Shown here: piece by piece, positions 37,770-47,740 of the stretch | Position numbering within the stretch: the first letter of the stretch is position 1 | Layout: the number at the start of each line of letters is the position of its first letter | Origin: Candidatus Parcubacteria bacterium | GTDB taxonomy: Bacteria > Patescibacteriota > Minisyncoccia > UBA6257 > 2-01-FULL-56-20 | NCBI GenBank assembly: GCA_027450205.1 | Contig: DAIDJL010000002.1 | Coordinates: forward strand, 205,007-269,006 | Direction of reading: 5' to 3' | Length of the DNA stretch: 64,000 nucleotides | Program-made: the position numbers and the translations under genes | The notes under the pieces: generated by a model | The model's database searches: none | What the model was told of the DNA's origin: nothing | What the model saw: only the letters and a program-made list of their open reading frames with translations

Positions 37770-38549
37770 TTATGATTTCTGCAATGACGCATCAATGACT
37801 GCCTTGAACGCGGAGTATGGCTGGGCGCCCACAACCTGCGTGCTGTTGATGAACACGGTCGGCGTCGAATCCACGCCTGCCGCGGCGGCGTCCGCTTTTT
37901 CCTGCGCCACTTGGCTTGCAAATTTATTGCTGTCGATACAGCTCGTGAATTGGGGGACGTTGAGGCCGACATGGCTTGCAAGTTTCAAGAAAAGTGTCCG
38001 GTTAAAGAACCCGTCGTCTTCGCTGCCTCCCTTCTGGACTTCTGCGACTTTCCCCGCATAGAGCGCGTCGTGGTACGGCCAAAGCTTGTTCTGATCTTCC
38101 GCACACTCTGCCGCCTGCGCCGCCGCCGTTGATTCGGGCCCGAGGAATGCTAAATTCCTGAATACCATCCTCACTTTGCCGGTATTTACGTAATTGGCGA
38201 CAATCTGCGGTTGGGTTTGAGAAAAGAATTCACCGCAGAACGGGCACTGGTAGTCGCCGTATTCGATGAGCGTTACGGGAGCGTTCGCGTTCCCTAAGAT
38301 ACTGTCATGCGAAGTAAGTTGCATGACTTGCGTGGCGGAGACGGATGGCTGCGGTTGCGCGTTCGGAACGGTAGCCCCCGCTGTTCCACTGGGAGCTGGT
38401 GCTCCCCCGTAAAGCGTAGCGAAGGTAATTGCACCGCCGATCATGACTGCCGCGACAAGGATTGAGATCGGCAGGAAGCGATCTTTCTTTTGCGCTTGCT
38501 GTGGTTGAAGCGGTTCATCTGGTTGAGGGTGATGAGGTTCGTGTTCCAT
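37770..38549 (-). CDS. DsbA/BdbD family thiol-disulfide oxidoreductase
   Basis: EYGDYQCPFC, GVDSTPT. Confidence 0.92.
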   Translation of the reverse strand: MEHEPHHPQPDEPLQPQQAQKKDRFLPISILVAAVMIGGAITFATLYGGAPAPSGTAGATVPNAQPQPSVSATQVMQLTSHDSILGNANAPVTLIEYGDYQCPFCGEFFSQTQPQIVANYVNTGKVRMVFRNLAFLGPESTAAAQAAECAEDQNKLWPYHDALYAGKVAEVQKGGSEDDGFFNRTLFLKLASHVGLNVPQFTSCIDSNKFASQVAQEKADAAAAGVDSTPTVFINSTQVVGAQPYSAFKAVIDASLQKS

Positions 38550-38620
38550 GGTTAGAATTAATACATTAATTTTTATAGGAAAAAATCTAAAACGCCGCAA
38601 TCAAAATGTGGCGGTAGACA

Positions 38621-39028
38621 TTAGAAACCAAAAAAGGGACGGTAGCACTTCGAATGAAGAATGCCTCTGCGGAATGCCAAACGGAGTGGGTCGAAAATAG
38701 AAAAAGCGAAACGGTTCTTGATGACTGAAAGCGCTGTTCCCGATAAACTGTTTTTGAGAAAACGTTCCAATATAGAAATTACGAGCGAAAGAACAAGTAG
38801 TAAAAATAGAAGGGCGATGGTGGGTGTGGTAGCCGTGAACAGCGATCCCCACGCATTGATGTGCTGCATGATGTTCATACTGCAAAGGGAGCCTGTGTCA
38901 TTCACCAAGGGGCACTGGGCCATGCTGTTGTGGGCGTCGGTCATCGCTATCGCCTGCGTACAGATAAACGGTGCAACCAAAAACAGCACAAGTATCAGAA
39001 TGGTAAAGATGGGCTTCGATAGCTGCAT
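38621..39028 (-). CDS. Membrane hypothetical protein
   Basis: CP...C-x-M...H, TM helix, GILHSK end; same layout as 28821..29234. Confidence 0.65.
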   Translation of the reverse strand: MQLSKPIFTILILVLFLVAPFICTQAIAMTDAHNSMAQCPLVNDTGSLCSMNIMQHINAWGSLFTATTPTIALLFLLLVLSLVISILERFLKNSLSGTALSVIKNRFAFSIFDPLRLAFRRGILHSKCYRPFFGF

Positions 39029-39104
39029 GGATAAATTTTAACAGAATCGGGGGCAATTTTGAACCTTTATTGCGGTAGGTAAATAGCGCTGTCCACAGGA
39101 TCAT

Positions 39105-39134
39105 TTGACAAGAAATACCCTAGGGGGGTATACT
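39105..39134 (+). promoter_or_regulatory. Promoter with second CsoR-type operator
   Basis: TTGACA-18-TATACT overlapping ATACCC-taggg-GGGTAT. Confidence 0.75.
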
Positions 39135-39140
39135 GGCAAT

Positions 39141-39851
39141 ATGATCACCTCCGCATACTACGCCTGGTTCTTCTGGAGCTTGCTCCTGCTCGTCGTTTGG
39201 GCGGTCATTTACCTGTTCCTTAAGACCAAAGCAAGCAAGCGGGAGATGCTCATTGTAAGCGCGTGGACATCGCTGCTCGGTCTCACCGAACCGATCTTCG
39301 TGCCCCGCTATTGGAATCCGCCGTCGCTCTTTGGCCTTGCATATCGCACCCACTTCGATCTTGAAAGCTTCATCTTCTCATTCGCGATCGGCGGCATTGC
39401 AGTCGTGCTCTACGAACTGTTCTTCTCGTATCGTCCCGATGCGATGGGCGGCATGGAGCGGCACCACGCGCGGCACCGGTATCATCTGTGGGCGCTCCTC
39501 TCGGCCCCGGTCGTCTTCGCAGCATTACTCCTTATCGCTCCGATCAATCCCATCTACAGCGCGTTCATCGCGATGATGGTCGGCGGCTTCGCCACCTGGT
39601 ATTGCCGCCCCGACCTCAAAAAGAAAATGATCGCGAGCGCGTTCCTCTTCCTCGGACTGTACTTCCTCTACTTCCTCACACTCATTGCCGCCTATCCCGG
39701 CTACGTCGAACGGGTGTGGAATTTGTCCGTGATCTCCGGCATTCTCATCGCGGGCGTACCGCTCGAGGAACTGATGTTCGCCTTCGGCCTCGGATTCTAC
39801 TGGTCGAGCGTGTACGAGCACGTCGGATGGCATAAATTGACGAAGGGATAA
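39141..39851 (+). CDS. Lycopene-cyclase-domain membrane protein
   Basis: YWNPP, RPDL, GVPLEE; multi-TM. Confidence 0.75.
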   Translation: MITSAYYAWFFWSLLLLVVWAVIYLFLKTKASKREMLIVSAWTSLLGLTEPIFVPRYWNPPSLFGLAYRTHFDLESFIFSFAIGGIAVVLYELFFSYRPDAMGGMERHHARHRYHLWALLSAPVVFAALLLIAPINPIYSAFIAMMVGGFATWYCRPDLKKKMIASAFLFLGLYFLYFLTLIAAYPGYVERVWNLSVISGILIAGVPLEELMFAFGLGFYWSSVYEHVGWHKLTKG

Positions 39852-39856
39852 ATCAC

Positions 39857-40060
39857 GTGGATCACACTATTAAGAAAATCTACTGTTGCCCTGAATGTGG
39901 CTTGCACTACGAGGATGAGAAGCTCGCGAAAAAGTGTGAAGCGTGGTGCGGGGAACACAAAAGCTGCAATCTGGAAATTACGAGCCACGCAATCGAAAAC
40001 AAGGCCGAAAACAAAGTTGAAAATAATAATCAAAAATCCAATGAACAACGAATCAAATAA
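39857..40060 (+). CDS. Small Cys-rich protein
   Basis: CPECGLHY...CEAWC..H.SC. Confidence 0.7.
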   Translation: MDHTIKKIYCCPECGLHYEDEKLAKKCEAWCGEHKSCNLEITSHAIENKAENKVENNNQKSNEQRIK

Positions 40061-40205
40061 AACGATTTACACGTGCCCGATGCATCCGGATGTGAAACAG
40101 GATGCGCCGGGGAGGTGTCCAAAATGCGGCATGAATCTGGTAGCGGTGGATGCGGGTACGACAGAAAGTGGACATGCGCACAAATCTTCAGGCGGTTGCT
40201 GTTAA
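40041..40205 (+). CDS. Stand-alone heavy-metal-binding domain
   Basis: YTCPMHP...PGRCPKCGM...GGCC*. Confidence 0.75.
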   Translation: MNNESNKTIYTCPMHPDVKQDAPGRCPKCGMNLVAVDAGTTESGHAHKSSGGCC

Positions 40206-40212
40206 CGATACA

Positions 40213-42315
40213 ATGAATAACGAATCCCAAAAACTTTATACCTGCCCCATGGATCCGGATGTCATTTCCGACCATCCCGGGGAATGCCCGAAGTGCGGCA
40301 TGAATCTGGTTCCCATGGACATGGGCGGCCATGATGGTAGTGATGCGCACGCCGGTCATGGCGGCGCCGAGCAGGATTTCAAGCGCCGCTTCTGGATCAC
40401 GCTTCCTTTCGTGCTGGTTGCCATGGCGCTCTCGCCGAACATCCAGCTATGGTTTCATTTTGAATGGACGGTTCCCGGCGGGAGCCTGTGGCTCTTCCTG
40501 ATCGGCGCCTTCGTGTTTTCCTACGGCGGCTGGCCGTTCTTCAAGGCGGCCAAGGGCGAACTGACGCATAAGAATCCTGCCATGATGACGCTCGTCGCTT
40601 TTGCCATCACCGTAGCATTTGCATTCTCCGTGGCCGCCACGTTCTTTTTCCCCGGATCATCACTCTACTGGGAGATGGCGACACTGATCTCCGTTTTCCT
40701 GCTCGGCCACTGGCTTGAGATGCGGGCGGTGCGCGGCGCGACCGGCGCTCTTTCGGAACTGGCGAAACTCATTCCGCCCTCCGCGCACCTCGCAAAAGAC
40801 GGCCAGCTTACCGACGTGCAGACTAGCCAATTGATGATCGGCGACAGGGTATTGGTAAAACCCGGCGAGAAGGTTCCGGTGGACGGCAGGGTTGTGGACG
40901 GTGAAAGTTCGGTGAGTGAAGCGATGCTCACTGGCGAATCGCGCCCGATCGGCAAAAAGGCGGGCGACGAGGTTGTGGGCGGATCGCTCAATCAGGACGG
41001 ATCGCTCACGGTCGAAGTGGCGAAGACCGGGGCGGATACGGCCATCGCTCAGATCATGAAACTCGTGCGCGAGGCACAGGGTTCCAAGCCGAACGTCCAG
41101 CATCTCGCGGATCGCGCGGCATCGGTGCTCTTTTATGTTGCCGTTGCGGCGGGTCTGATTTCGTTCGTGGTCTGGTATTTTGTGTTCCCGCAGGGGGCGA
41201 TCTTCGCCGCCACCGTGGCCGTTGCCGCGATCGTCATCGCCTGTCCGCACGCGCTCGGCCTTGCGATCCCCACGGTAACGTCCATCACGACGACCTTGGG
41301 CGCGAAGAACGGCATTTTAATCAAAGATATGAAGGGTTTGGAGATTGCGCGGAAACTTAACTACGTGGTATTCGACAAGACCGGCACGCTCACCAAGGGT
41401 GAATTCGGGGTTGTCGATATCGCCGCGTCCGGAACGTCCGATGTCCGCGATGAGAATGAACTGCTCGCGCTCGCCGCAGCCGTTGATGTGCCGTCGCAAC
41501 ATTCGATCGCGCAGGGCATCGTGAAGGCCGCCAAAGAAAAGAACCTCCGCATAGAGGAGGTCAAGGGCTTCAAATCGTATCCGGGCAAAGGGGTTTCCGG
41601 CATGGTCGGCGACAAAGAGGTTTTGATTGGCAACAAGGTGCTCATGCAGGAGCAAAATGTGGCAGGCGTAATGGACGTCGTGAGCCGCAGCGCCGAGGTG
41701 GGCACCCCGAACTACGTGGCAGTGAACGGAAAGTTTGCGGGGACGATCTTTCTCGCGGATATAGTGCGGGATGAATCCAAGGAAACCATCGCACGCTTGC
41801 GTGCGATGGGCATCAAGACGGCGATGCTCACGGGCGACACGCAGGACGTCGCCGATGCCGTCGGCCGTGAACTCGGCATCGACACGGTGTTCGCGCATGT
41901 ATTACCCGAAGACAAGGTCAACAAGGTGAAGGAGCTCCAGTATGGCGGCAATATCGTCGCCATGGTGGGCGACGGCGTGAACGACGCCGCATCACTCACC
42001 CAGGCGCACGTCGGTATCGCGATCGGGGCGGGCACAGACGTGGCGGTGGCATCGGCGGACATTGTCCTGATGAAGAGCAACCCGCTCGACGTGGCGAAGA
42101 CGATTACCCTCAGTCGCAAGACGAACCGCAAGATGGTCCAGAACCTCGCGTGGGCGACGGGGTACAACGTGTTCGCCATCCCTATCGCCGCGGGCGTGCT
42201 CTATCCTTCATTCGGCATCCTCCTCCCTCCTGCGTGGGCGGCGATCCTCATGAGCACATCGTCGGTGATCGTGGTCGGGAACGCGCTGCTCTTGAGAAAA
42301 GAAAAACTGGGATAG
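40213..42315 (+). CDS. copB: Copper-translocating P1B-3-type ATPase
   Basis: CPH, DKTGT, TGES, GDGVND, YN, MSxS; N-terminal Cys/His domain. Confidence 0.88.
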   Translation: MNNESQKLYTCPMDPDVISDHPGECPKCGMNLVPMDMGGHDGSDAHAGHGGAEQDFKRRFWITLPFVLVAMALSPNIQLWFHFEWTVPGGSLWLFLIGAFVFSYGGWPFFKAAKGELTHKNPAMMTLVAFAITVAFAFSVAATFFFPGSSLYWEMATLISVFLLGHWLEMRAVRGATGALSELAKLIPPSAHLAKDGQLTDVQTSQLMIGDRVLVKPGEKVPVDGRVVDGESSVSEAMLTGESRPIGKKAGDEVVGGSLNQDGSLTVEVAKTGADTAIAQIMKLVREAQGSKPNVQHLADRAASVLFYVAVAAGLISFVVWYFVFPQGAIFAATVAVAAIVIACPHALGLAIPTVTSITTTLGAKNGILIKDMKGLEIARKLNYVVFDKTGTLTKGEFGVVDIAASGTSDVRDENELLALAAAVDVPSQHSIAQGIVKAAKEKNLRIEEVKGFKSYPGKGVSGMVGDKEVLIGNKVLMQEQNVAGVMDVVSRSAEVGTPNYVAVNGKFAGTIFLADIVRDESKETIARLRAMGIKTAMLTGDTQDVADAVGRELGIDTVFAHVLPEDKVNKVKELQYGGNIVAMVGDGVNDAASLTQAHVGIAIGAGTDVAVASADIVLMKSNPLDVAKTITLSRKTNRKMVQNLAWATGYNVFAIPIAAGVLYPSFGILLPPAWAAILMSTSSVIVVGNALLLRKEKLG

Positions 42316-42363
42316 AAATATCACCCCAAAGGCCGATAAACATCATACATACAAAACAAAATC

Positions 42364-42561
42364 ATGAAACCGATTTGGAAAATATTAGCGTGGCTGTTTG
42401 CCGCGTGCGGCATCCTCGCATACCTCTCCGCGTGGGGCAATATATGGTTTGGATGGAACCTGTGGGGTTCGCCAGCGCAGGCGCTCTTTAGCGATGCAAC
42501 CGCCACAGGGATATTCGCCTTATTCTTCCTCGTGTGGGGCAAGTGGGGCGGCGAGCGGTAA
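42364..42561 (+). CDS. Small membrane protein
   Basis: 65 aa, two TM helices. Confidence 0.55.
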   Translation: MKPIWKILAWLFAACGILAYLSAWGNIWFGWNLWGSPAQALFSDATATGIFALFFLVWGKWGGER

Positions 42562-42637
42562 GGGCCGTCATAAAAATGACGCTAGATAAAATAAAAAACC
42601 GATTAGCGCAGGTCGGGTTTTAATGGGCGGCGGCTTC

Positions 42638-43099
42638 CTATTTGTGGAGCAGATGCCCTGCATTATATGTCTCCCAGCTTTCACCTAAAAGAAGCGCAAC
42701 GAAGACGAGGATGTAAATGATTGCCACGCCGATGTCAGTCGATCCCGCCGCATACGGCCCGCCGAAGCCTTCAGCGGTTGACCAGATCACGAACGCCATG
42801 GCAATGCCGCCGTACATGGCGTATCGGCTTAAGACGCCGGAGATGAGGCTGAGCGCGATCGCGGTTTCCGCGACGGCGACGACGATGGCAAAGAAATGAG
42901 GATCGACGTTCACAACGTTGATCCAAAAATTGATCCATCCGGCAATGATCGGCGACTGGTTCTGCGCCCCCGTTTCCAGATAGCCGACAAAGTTGGAGAT
43001 GAAGTCGGGACTCCATTTGAAATACACGTCAATGAACCACACGAATCCGAAAACGATCCGCAAGATGCCGAACCCCTTACTTTTTGAGTTTTCCGTCAT
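42638..43099 (-). CDS. DoxX-like membrane protein
   Basis: LRIVFG..W, AE...L..G, EGFGGPY..GSTDIG. Confidence 0.75.
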   Translation of the reverse strand: MTENSKSKGFGILRIVFGFVWFIDVYFKWSPDFISNFVGYLETGAQNQSPIIAGWINFWINVVNVDPHFFAIVVAVAETAIALSLISGVLSRYAMYGGIAMAFVIWSTAEGFGGPYAAGSTDIGVAIIYILVFVALLLGESWETYNAGHLLHK

Positions 43100-43153
43100 G
43101 CGTTCATTATAACGTGATTTTTCATCCGTGTACCGACGGTGTATACTGAGCGG

Positions 43154-43627
43154 ATGTTTTTGAACGCACTGGCGGTCTTCGTCGCTCAATATCTCTATCT
43201 CTTCGCCCTCCTCATCGCGGCGATTTTCTTTTTCACCCAGACGAAGGCAGTGATGAAAAATATGGCGATCTGCGGCGTCATCATCGCGCCGCTCGCGTAT
43301 GTCGTTTCGCGCATCTCATCCCTCTTCTATTACGACCCCCGTCCCTTTGTCGTCGGTCATTTTGTGCCGCTTATCGCCCATGCCGCCGACAACGGCTTTC
43401 CGTCCGACCACGTGCTTCTCACGGGAGCCGTGGCGATGATCGTGTGGTTCTATAACAAGAAATTGAGTGTTGTGCTTTGGGCGCTCGCGCTTCTCATCGG
43501 CTGGGCACGGGTCTTCGTCGGGGTTCATCACTGGACCGATATTATTGGGAACATTGTTATGGTGATCGTCTCCGGCGTGGTCTATTCTGTCATAATGAAA
43601 AATCAAAAAACTGTTACTGTCCAATGA
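43154..43627 (+). CDS. PAP2 family phosphatase (BcrC-like)
   Basis: RPF, FPSDH, ARVFVGVHHWTD. Confidence 0.88.
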   Translation: MFLNALAVFVAQYLYLFALLIAAIFFFTQTKAVMKNMAICGVIIAPLAYVVSRISSLFYYDPRPFVVGHFVPLIAHAADNGFPSDHVLLTGAVAMIVWFYNKKLSVVLWALALLIGWARVFVGVHHWTDIIGNIVMVIVSGVVYSVIMKNQKTVTVQ

Positions 43628-44100
43628 AAGAAAGGACATGGCGCGACCTGTTTGACCTCGGCGTCGTCATTAAGGGGATCGATGGGACATTGGAGCTCGT
43701 GGGCGGAGTCGCCCTCTTTCTTGTTTCACCCACAACCATCAACACCATCGCCCTTTTCTTCATACGCGGAGAATTGAGCGAGGATCCAAAGGATCTTCTC
43801 GCGAACCTGTTCCTTCACGCGACCCAGAGCGTCATTCAGATGCAGGCCTTCGCGAGTATCCTCCTTATCGTCCATGGCGCGGTGAAGCTGTTCCTTGTCG
43901 CCGCACTGCTGCGCAACAAGCTCTGGGCGTACCCCGCATCCATTGCCGTCTTTGGCGGATTCGTGTTTTACCAGCTTTATCAACTGAGCATCGCCAATTC
44001 ACTCTTCCTTTGGGTCGTGACGATCGTCGATATTTTGGTCATCGGTCTTATTGCGCACGAATATCGGTATGTGCGGCGGCACGGTATACTAAAACAATGA
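43624..44100 (+). CDS. DUF2127-like membrane protein
   Basis: KGIDG.LE, ELSEDP, HG.VK, WAYP. Confidence 0.8.
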   Translation: MKERTWRDLFDLGVVIKGIDGTLELVGGVALFLVSPTTINTIALFFIRGELSEDPKDLLANLFLHATQSVIQMQAFASILLIVHGAVKLFLVAALLRNKLWAYPASIAVFGGFVFYQLYQLSIANSLFLWVVTIVDILVIGLIAHEYRYVRRHGILKQ

Positions 44101-44597
44101 ACAAGGAGTCTATCATTACCGTCGTTATCGCCGTCGTGTTGGTAGTGGGAATTTTCGTATTCTATGCGGCAAGTAAGCTGACAACTCCCTCGCCACCACC
44201 CGTTGTTTCGAGTACGCAATCGTCGGAAACCTCTTCGTCAACTTCAAGCACTATGCCGCCGACCCCGTCGCCGGTTCCCACGGAAAAAGGAACCGTGAAC
44301 GGGAGTGTCGTTCTCGGCCCAACGTGCCCCGTGGAACATATTCCGCCCTACCCGAACTGCGCTCCGAGGCCATACCAAACGTCAGTCACTATTTCAAAGA
44401 ATATAGAAAATCCTTCGCCGTTCATGACGGTCCAAAGCGATGCCTCGGGCACGTTCAGTGCATCCCTCCCTGCTGGCGAATATGTCTTTTCCGCGCAGGG
44501 AGGATCACCGTACCCGCGGTGCAGCGAGCAGCTCGTGGAAGTGGCCGCGGGACAGACTGCCAGCACCACGATCGATTGCGATACAGGAATACGGTAA
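44097..44597 (+). CDS. Membrane-anchored PTCPVE-domain protein
   Basis: Paralog of the C-terminal domain of 13211..13780. Confidence 0.8.
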   Translation: MNKESIITVVIAVVLVVGIFVFYAASKLTTPSPPPVVSSTQSSETSSSTSSTMPPTPSPVPTEKGTVNGSVVLGPTCPVEHIPPYPNCAPRPYQTSVTISKNIENPSPFMTVQSDASGTFSASLPAGEYVFSAQGGSPYPRCSEQLVEVAAGQTASTTIDCDTGIR

Positions 44598-44631
44598 AAG
44601 GCGGTTAATAGATGAGCCCGATTGGTTACCG

Positions 44632-45816
44632 CTACCCTTCAAAAGCCTTTTTTAATATAGAGAAGACCACGAGTGCTGTAAATGCGATCACGGCAGCAAG
44701 CGCAAAAGCGTAGGACGGATCGATCGTCCACAGCCGTCCGGCAATGACGGATGCGGGCAGGTAGATAAGCCCGGTGACGAAGTTATAGAGGCCAATCGCC
44801 GAACCGCGTCGCGTGGGCTCCAAATCGGCAATGAACGCCTTGCTTTGTGCCTCATCGATGGCGTAGAACACGCCGAAGACGATAAAGAGGACGATAATCT
44901 CCCACTTGGCGAACGCGAACATGAACCCGGATGCCATTACGGCGTAGATGAGATAGCTCAGCATGATGACCCACGTGCGACCGATCCGATCGCCAAGCCT
45001 TCCCATTGGAATCGAAGCAATAACGAACGCGACATTGAACAGCGCATACAGAAGGATGACGTCCGCCACGGAAAAGCCGACAAGGTATGCTTTGAGGAGC
45101 AGGAATCCGAAGCTGAAATAGGCAAGCGAAAAGATGCTCGCGGGCACAAGATACCGCTTGAACGAGGGCGATAGCATCTTCCATGACACGAACATATTTT
45201 CTCGCTCATGCGGCGGGCCGGGGCGCTCTTTCATCACAAGGAGCACGACGACCGCGAGCGTGGCCACGATCGCCGCTCCGATAAAGAGAATATGGAAGCT
45301 ATGAAGGCTCTGCCCAAGCCAGGCAAAAAGAGCGAACGCCAAGAGCGGCCCCGCCACGGCGCCTGCCTTGTCCATCGCTTTATGCACACCGAACGAATAC
45401 CCGCGATCCGCTTCAGATGCAACTTCGGCAAGCCACGCATCCCGCGGCGGCCCGCGGAAGCTTTTCCCGAGGCGCTCGACGATGCGGAAGAGCGCGAGCG
45501 ACGATATCGAATTCGCCACGACGAGAAAGAATTTCGCGAGCGTGGAGAACCCATACCCCACGGCCGCAAGTGATTTTCGCTTGCCGCTGTGGTCGGATAG
45601 CCATCCCGAAAGATAATCGAGGGATGACGCCGAAAAATCCGCAAGTCCCTCCACGAGGCCGAGCAATGCTGCCGAGGCACCGGCGAATACAGTGAAGAAC
45701 ACCGCGAATACCGAAAATATTGCCTCCGAGCTCACGTCAGTGAGAAAACTCACGAGCCCGAGCCGTATCACGTCTGGATGAACCCCGAAACGGTGGCTAC
45801 CTTCATTCGTAGGCAT
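44632..45816 (-). CDS. MFS transporter
   Basis: About 12 TM helices; GWLSDHSGKRK, GRLGDRIGR. Confidence 0.92.
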   Translation of the reverse strand: MPTNEGSHRFGVHPDVIRLGLVSFLTDVSSEAIFSVFAVFFTVFAGASAALLGLVEGLADFSASSLDYLSGWLSDHSGKRKSLAAVGYGFSTLAKFFLVVANSISSLALFRIVERLGKSFRGPPRDAWLAEVASEADRGYSFGVHKAMDKAGAVAGPLLAFALFAWLGQSLHSFHILFIGAAIVATLAVVVLLVMKERPGPPHERENMFVSWKMLSPSFKRYLVPASIFSLAYFSFGFLLLKAYLVGFSVADVILLYALFNVAFVIASIPMGRLGDRIGRTWVIMLSYLIYAVMASGFMFAFAKWEIIVLFIVFGVFYAIDEAQSKAFIADLEPTRRGSAIGLYNFVTGLIYLPASVIAGRLWTIDPSYAFALAAVIAFTALVVFSILKKAFEG

Positions 45817-45938
45817 ATCGTCAATTATATCCGAGATTAATCGGTTGGGTATGCAAGCGGGTCGAGGTTGGAAATATAAGGCTCCAGTTGCCTTTTTGCG
45901 CACGCAGGCGCTACACTTAACCCATAACTGAATATGAT

Positions 45939-46130
45939 GGGGCGCAAGCCTCGGAGCCTAAACCTTCACCGGCATGGCTCATAAGACTCAAACCAGAATA
46001 CTGAACCCCGCGTTCAGCAACTCTGGTTTGAGCCGTACTGGGAAACTGGTACGGGACCGAAAGGTCTAGCTGACACGGGGTTCAGTGTTATTTCTTTCCG
46101 TGTCGGCTATCAAAGGCCGGCATTTTTGTT
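45939..46130 (+). ncRNA. Candidate structured RNA (cloverleaf with GNRA loops plus terminator)
   Basis: Stem 45997-46018/46069-46089 enclosing two GAAA-capped hairpins; upstream complementary segments; terminator at 46101-46130. Confidence 0.6.
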
Positions 46131-46195
46131 TATCAATTCGTGATCAAAATCAATCACAGAAAGAAAATTAAGGAGGATAGAAAATAACCAATACT

Positions 46196-47191
46196 ATGGC
46201 AAAAAGTAAAAATAAAAAGATTCCCGGGTGGGCATGGGCTGTCTCCGGCCTTCTTGTCGGCATTGTGGGTGCATGGATCGCGGTCGAATACACGGTTGCA
46301 ATAAACCAACCGACGAATAGCGGACAACCGATTACGGCGCCACAACCGGCTCAGAACCAGGCGGCCGTGCAGCAACAGCAAGCCCAACAGCAAATATCAC
46401 AGCAGGAGATCGCAAATCTCAAGACGGAGAATGCGCAGGCACAGACGACCTTGGCACAACAACAGGCCGAAATTGCGAAGCAGCAAGAGCTTTCGCAGCT
46501 CTTTACTATCGGCAACACGCTCCAGGACTATTACAACAAAATCCGTGATGCACAGAATCTCGGATCGGCATCATGTTCTTATGGGTCCCAGTGCGAAGTG
46601 AATTTCTGGGCAGTCTTGGCGAATAACATCAACAGTGGCACAAGCTATGAGGGAACGTACAACTCGCTCACTAACCAGGGTAATTCCGGCATGTACAGCG
46701 ATGCCGCGATGGCTGCGGGGAAGCAGCTCGATACCCTCGTATTCGCCCCGTATGCGGCTGATGTCATCTCAACGGATTCCGATGCGGTGAAGATCAAGAA
46801 AATCCTCGATTTCATCGATGCAAACCTCACCTATGAGCGTGACATGCAGGAAACGCCGCGGGCACCTGCCGAAACGCTCGGGCTAAGATCGGGGGACTGC
46901 AAGAGCTATTCAATTCTTGCGAGCGCGGCATTCTCGGTCGCCGGAGTACACTCGGCTGTTATGCAGGTGGAAAACGCAAGTGGGACGCTCGGCCATGCGA
47001 TGGTGCTTGTGCAGTCAAGCGAGAACTTACCACTTTCCGAATCATATTCTGATTTGACCTCGGTTGGCCTTCCTGCTGGGAGATGGTGGGTCATCGAGCC
47101 ACAGTACACCTATGAGGAGCAACAGCAGCACCCGGACTGGTTCTCGCAGTGGAAACTGGTACACGCCGCGCAGGTGGCGCTCAGGGGATAA
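46196..47191 (+). CDS. Membrane-anchored transglutaminase-like protein
   Basis: P.ETL...GDC, HA, IEP triad pattern. Confidence 0.8.
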   Translation: MAKSKNKKIPGWAWAVSGLLVGIVGAWIAVEYTVAINQPTNSGQPITAPQPAQNQAAVQQQQAQQQISQQEIANLKTENAQAQTTLAQQQAEIAKQQELSQLFTIGNTLQDYYNKIRDAQNLGSASCSYGSQCEVNFWAVLANNINSGTSYEGTYNSLTNQGNSGMYSDAAMAAGKQLDTLVFAPYAADVISTDSDAVKIKKILDFIDANLTYERDMQETPRAPAETLGLRSGDCKSYSILASAAFSVAGVHSAVMQVENASGTLGHAMVLVQSSENLPLSESYSDLTSVGLPAGRWWVIEPQYTYEEQQQHPDWFSQWKLVHAAQVALRG

Positions 47192-47294
47192 AGATAAGGC
47201 GGGCTTATATAAGTTCCCTGCCCGATCTTACCCCATATATGCGGAAGGCAAAGTTGCTGATGTGAGGGGAAAGCGATACCGTTAAGGTATCCCA

Positions 47295-47660
47295 ATGGAC
47301 AATCAGCCCGTTAAAAAGTCCAAGAAAGCATGGTGGGTCATAGGTGGCATAGCGCTCGCCGTAACGATCGTTGGCATAGCGAGCGGTAATTCAAATACGC
47401 AAACTTCTGCACCTAACACTCAAACGGCGAATGTTTTCCAGCAGGTCGTTGCACCTACAGCGCCCACCCCACCAGCGCCAGCTATGCTTTCGAATAGCAA
47501 CTACTATACGAATTCCGACGGCAATACCGTTCACTCACCTGCGTATTCAAACGCTGTTCCTGTGGGAGCGACCGCGCAGTGCGCCGACGGGACATACAGC
47601 TTCAGCCAGCATCGCAGCGGCACGTGTTCGCATCACGGGGGAGTGGCGACGTGGCTATAA
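47295..47660 (+). CDS. DUF3761 domain protein
   Basis: GATAQCADGTYSFSQHRSGTCSHHGGV. Confidence 0.88.
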   Translation: MDNQPVKKSKKAWWVIGGIALAVTIVGIASGNSNTQTSAPNTQTANVFQQVVAPTAPTPPAPAMLSNSNYYTNSDGNTVHSPAYSNAVPVGATAQCADGTYSFSQHRSGTCSHHGGVATWL

Positions 47661-47740
47661 ATCCCCCGTCCCTATTAATTTGCTGCTTGCCCTAGTCTGC
47701 TTACTTTGCGTGAAACATTACGCCGCCGTAGAATGTGAGC

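Noticed and set aside
45846-45875. Possible additional att arm (gggtatgc...ggaaat)
   Set aside because: The register is off by one and the core matches poorly.
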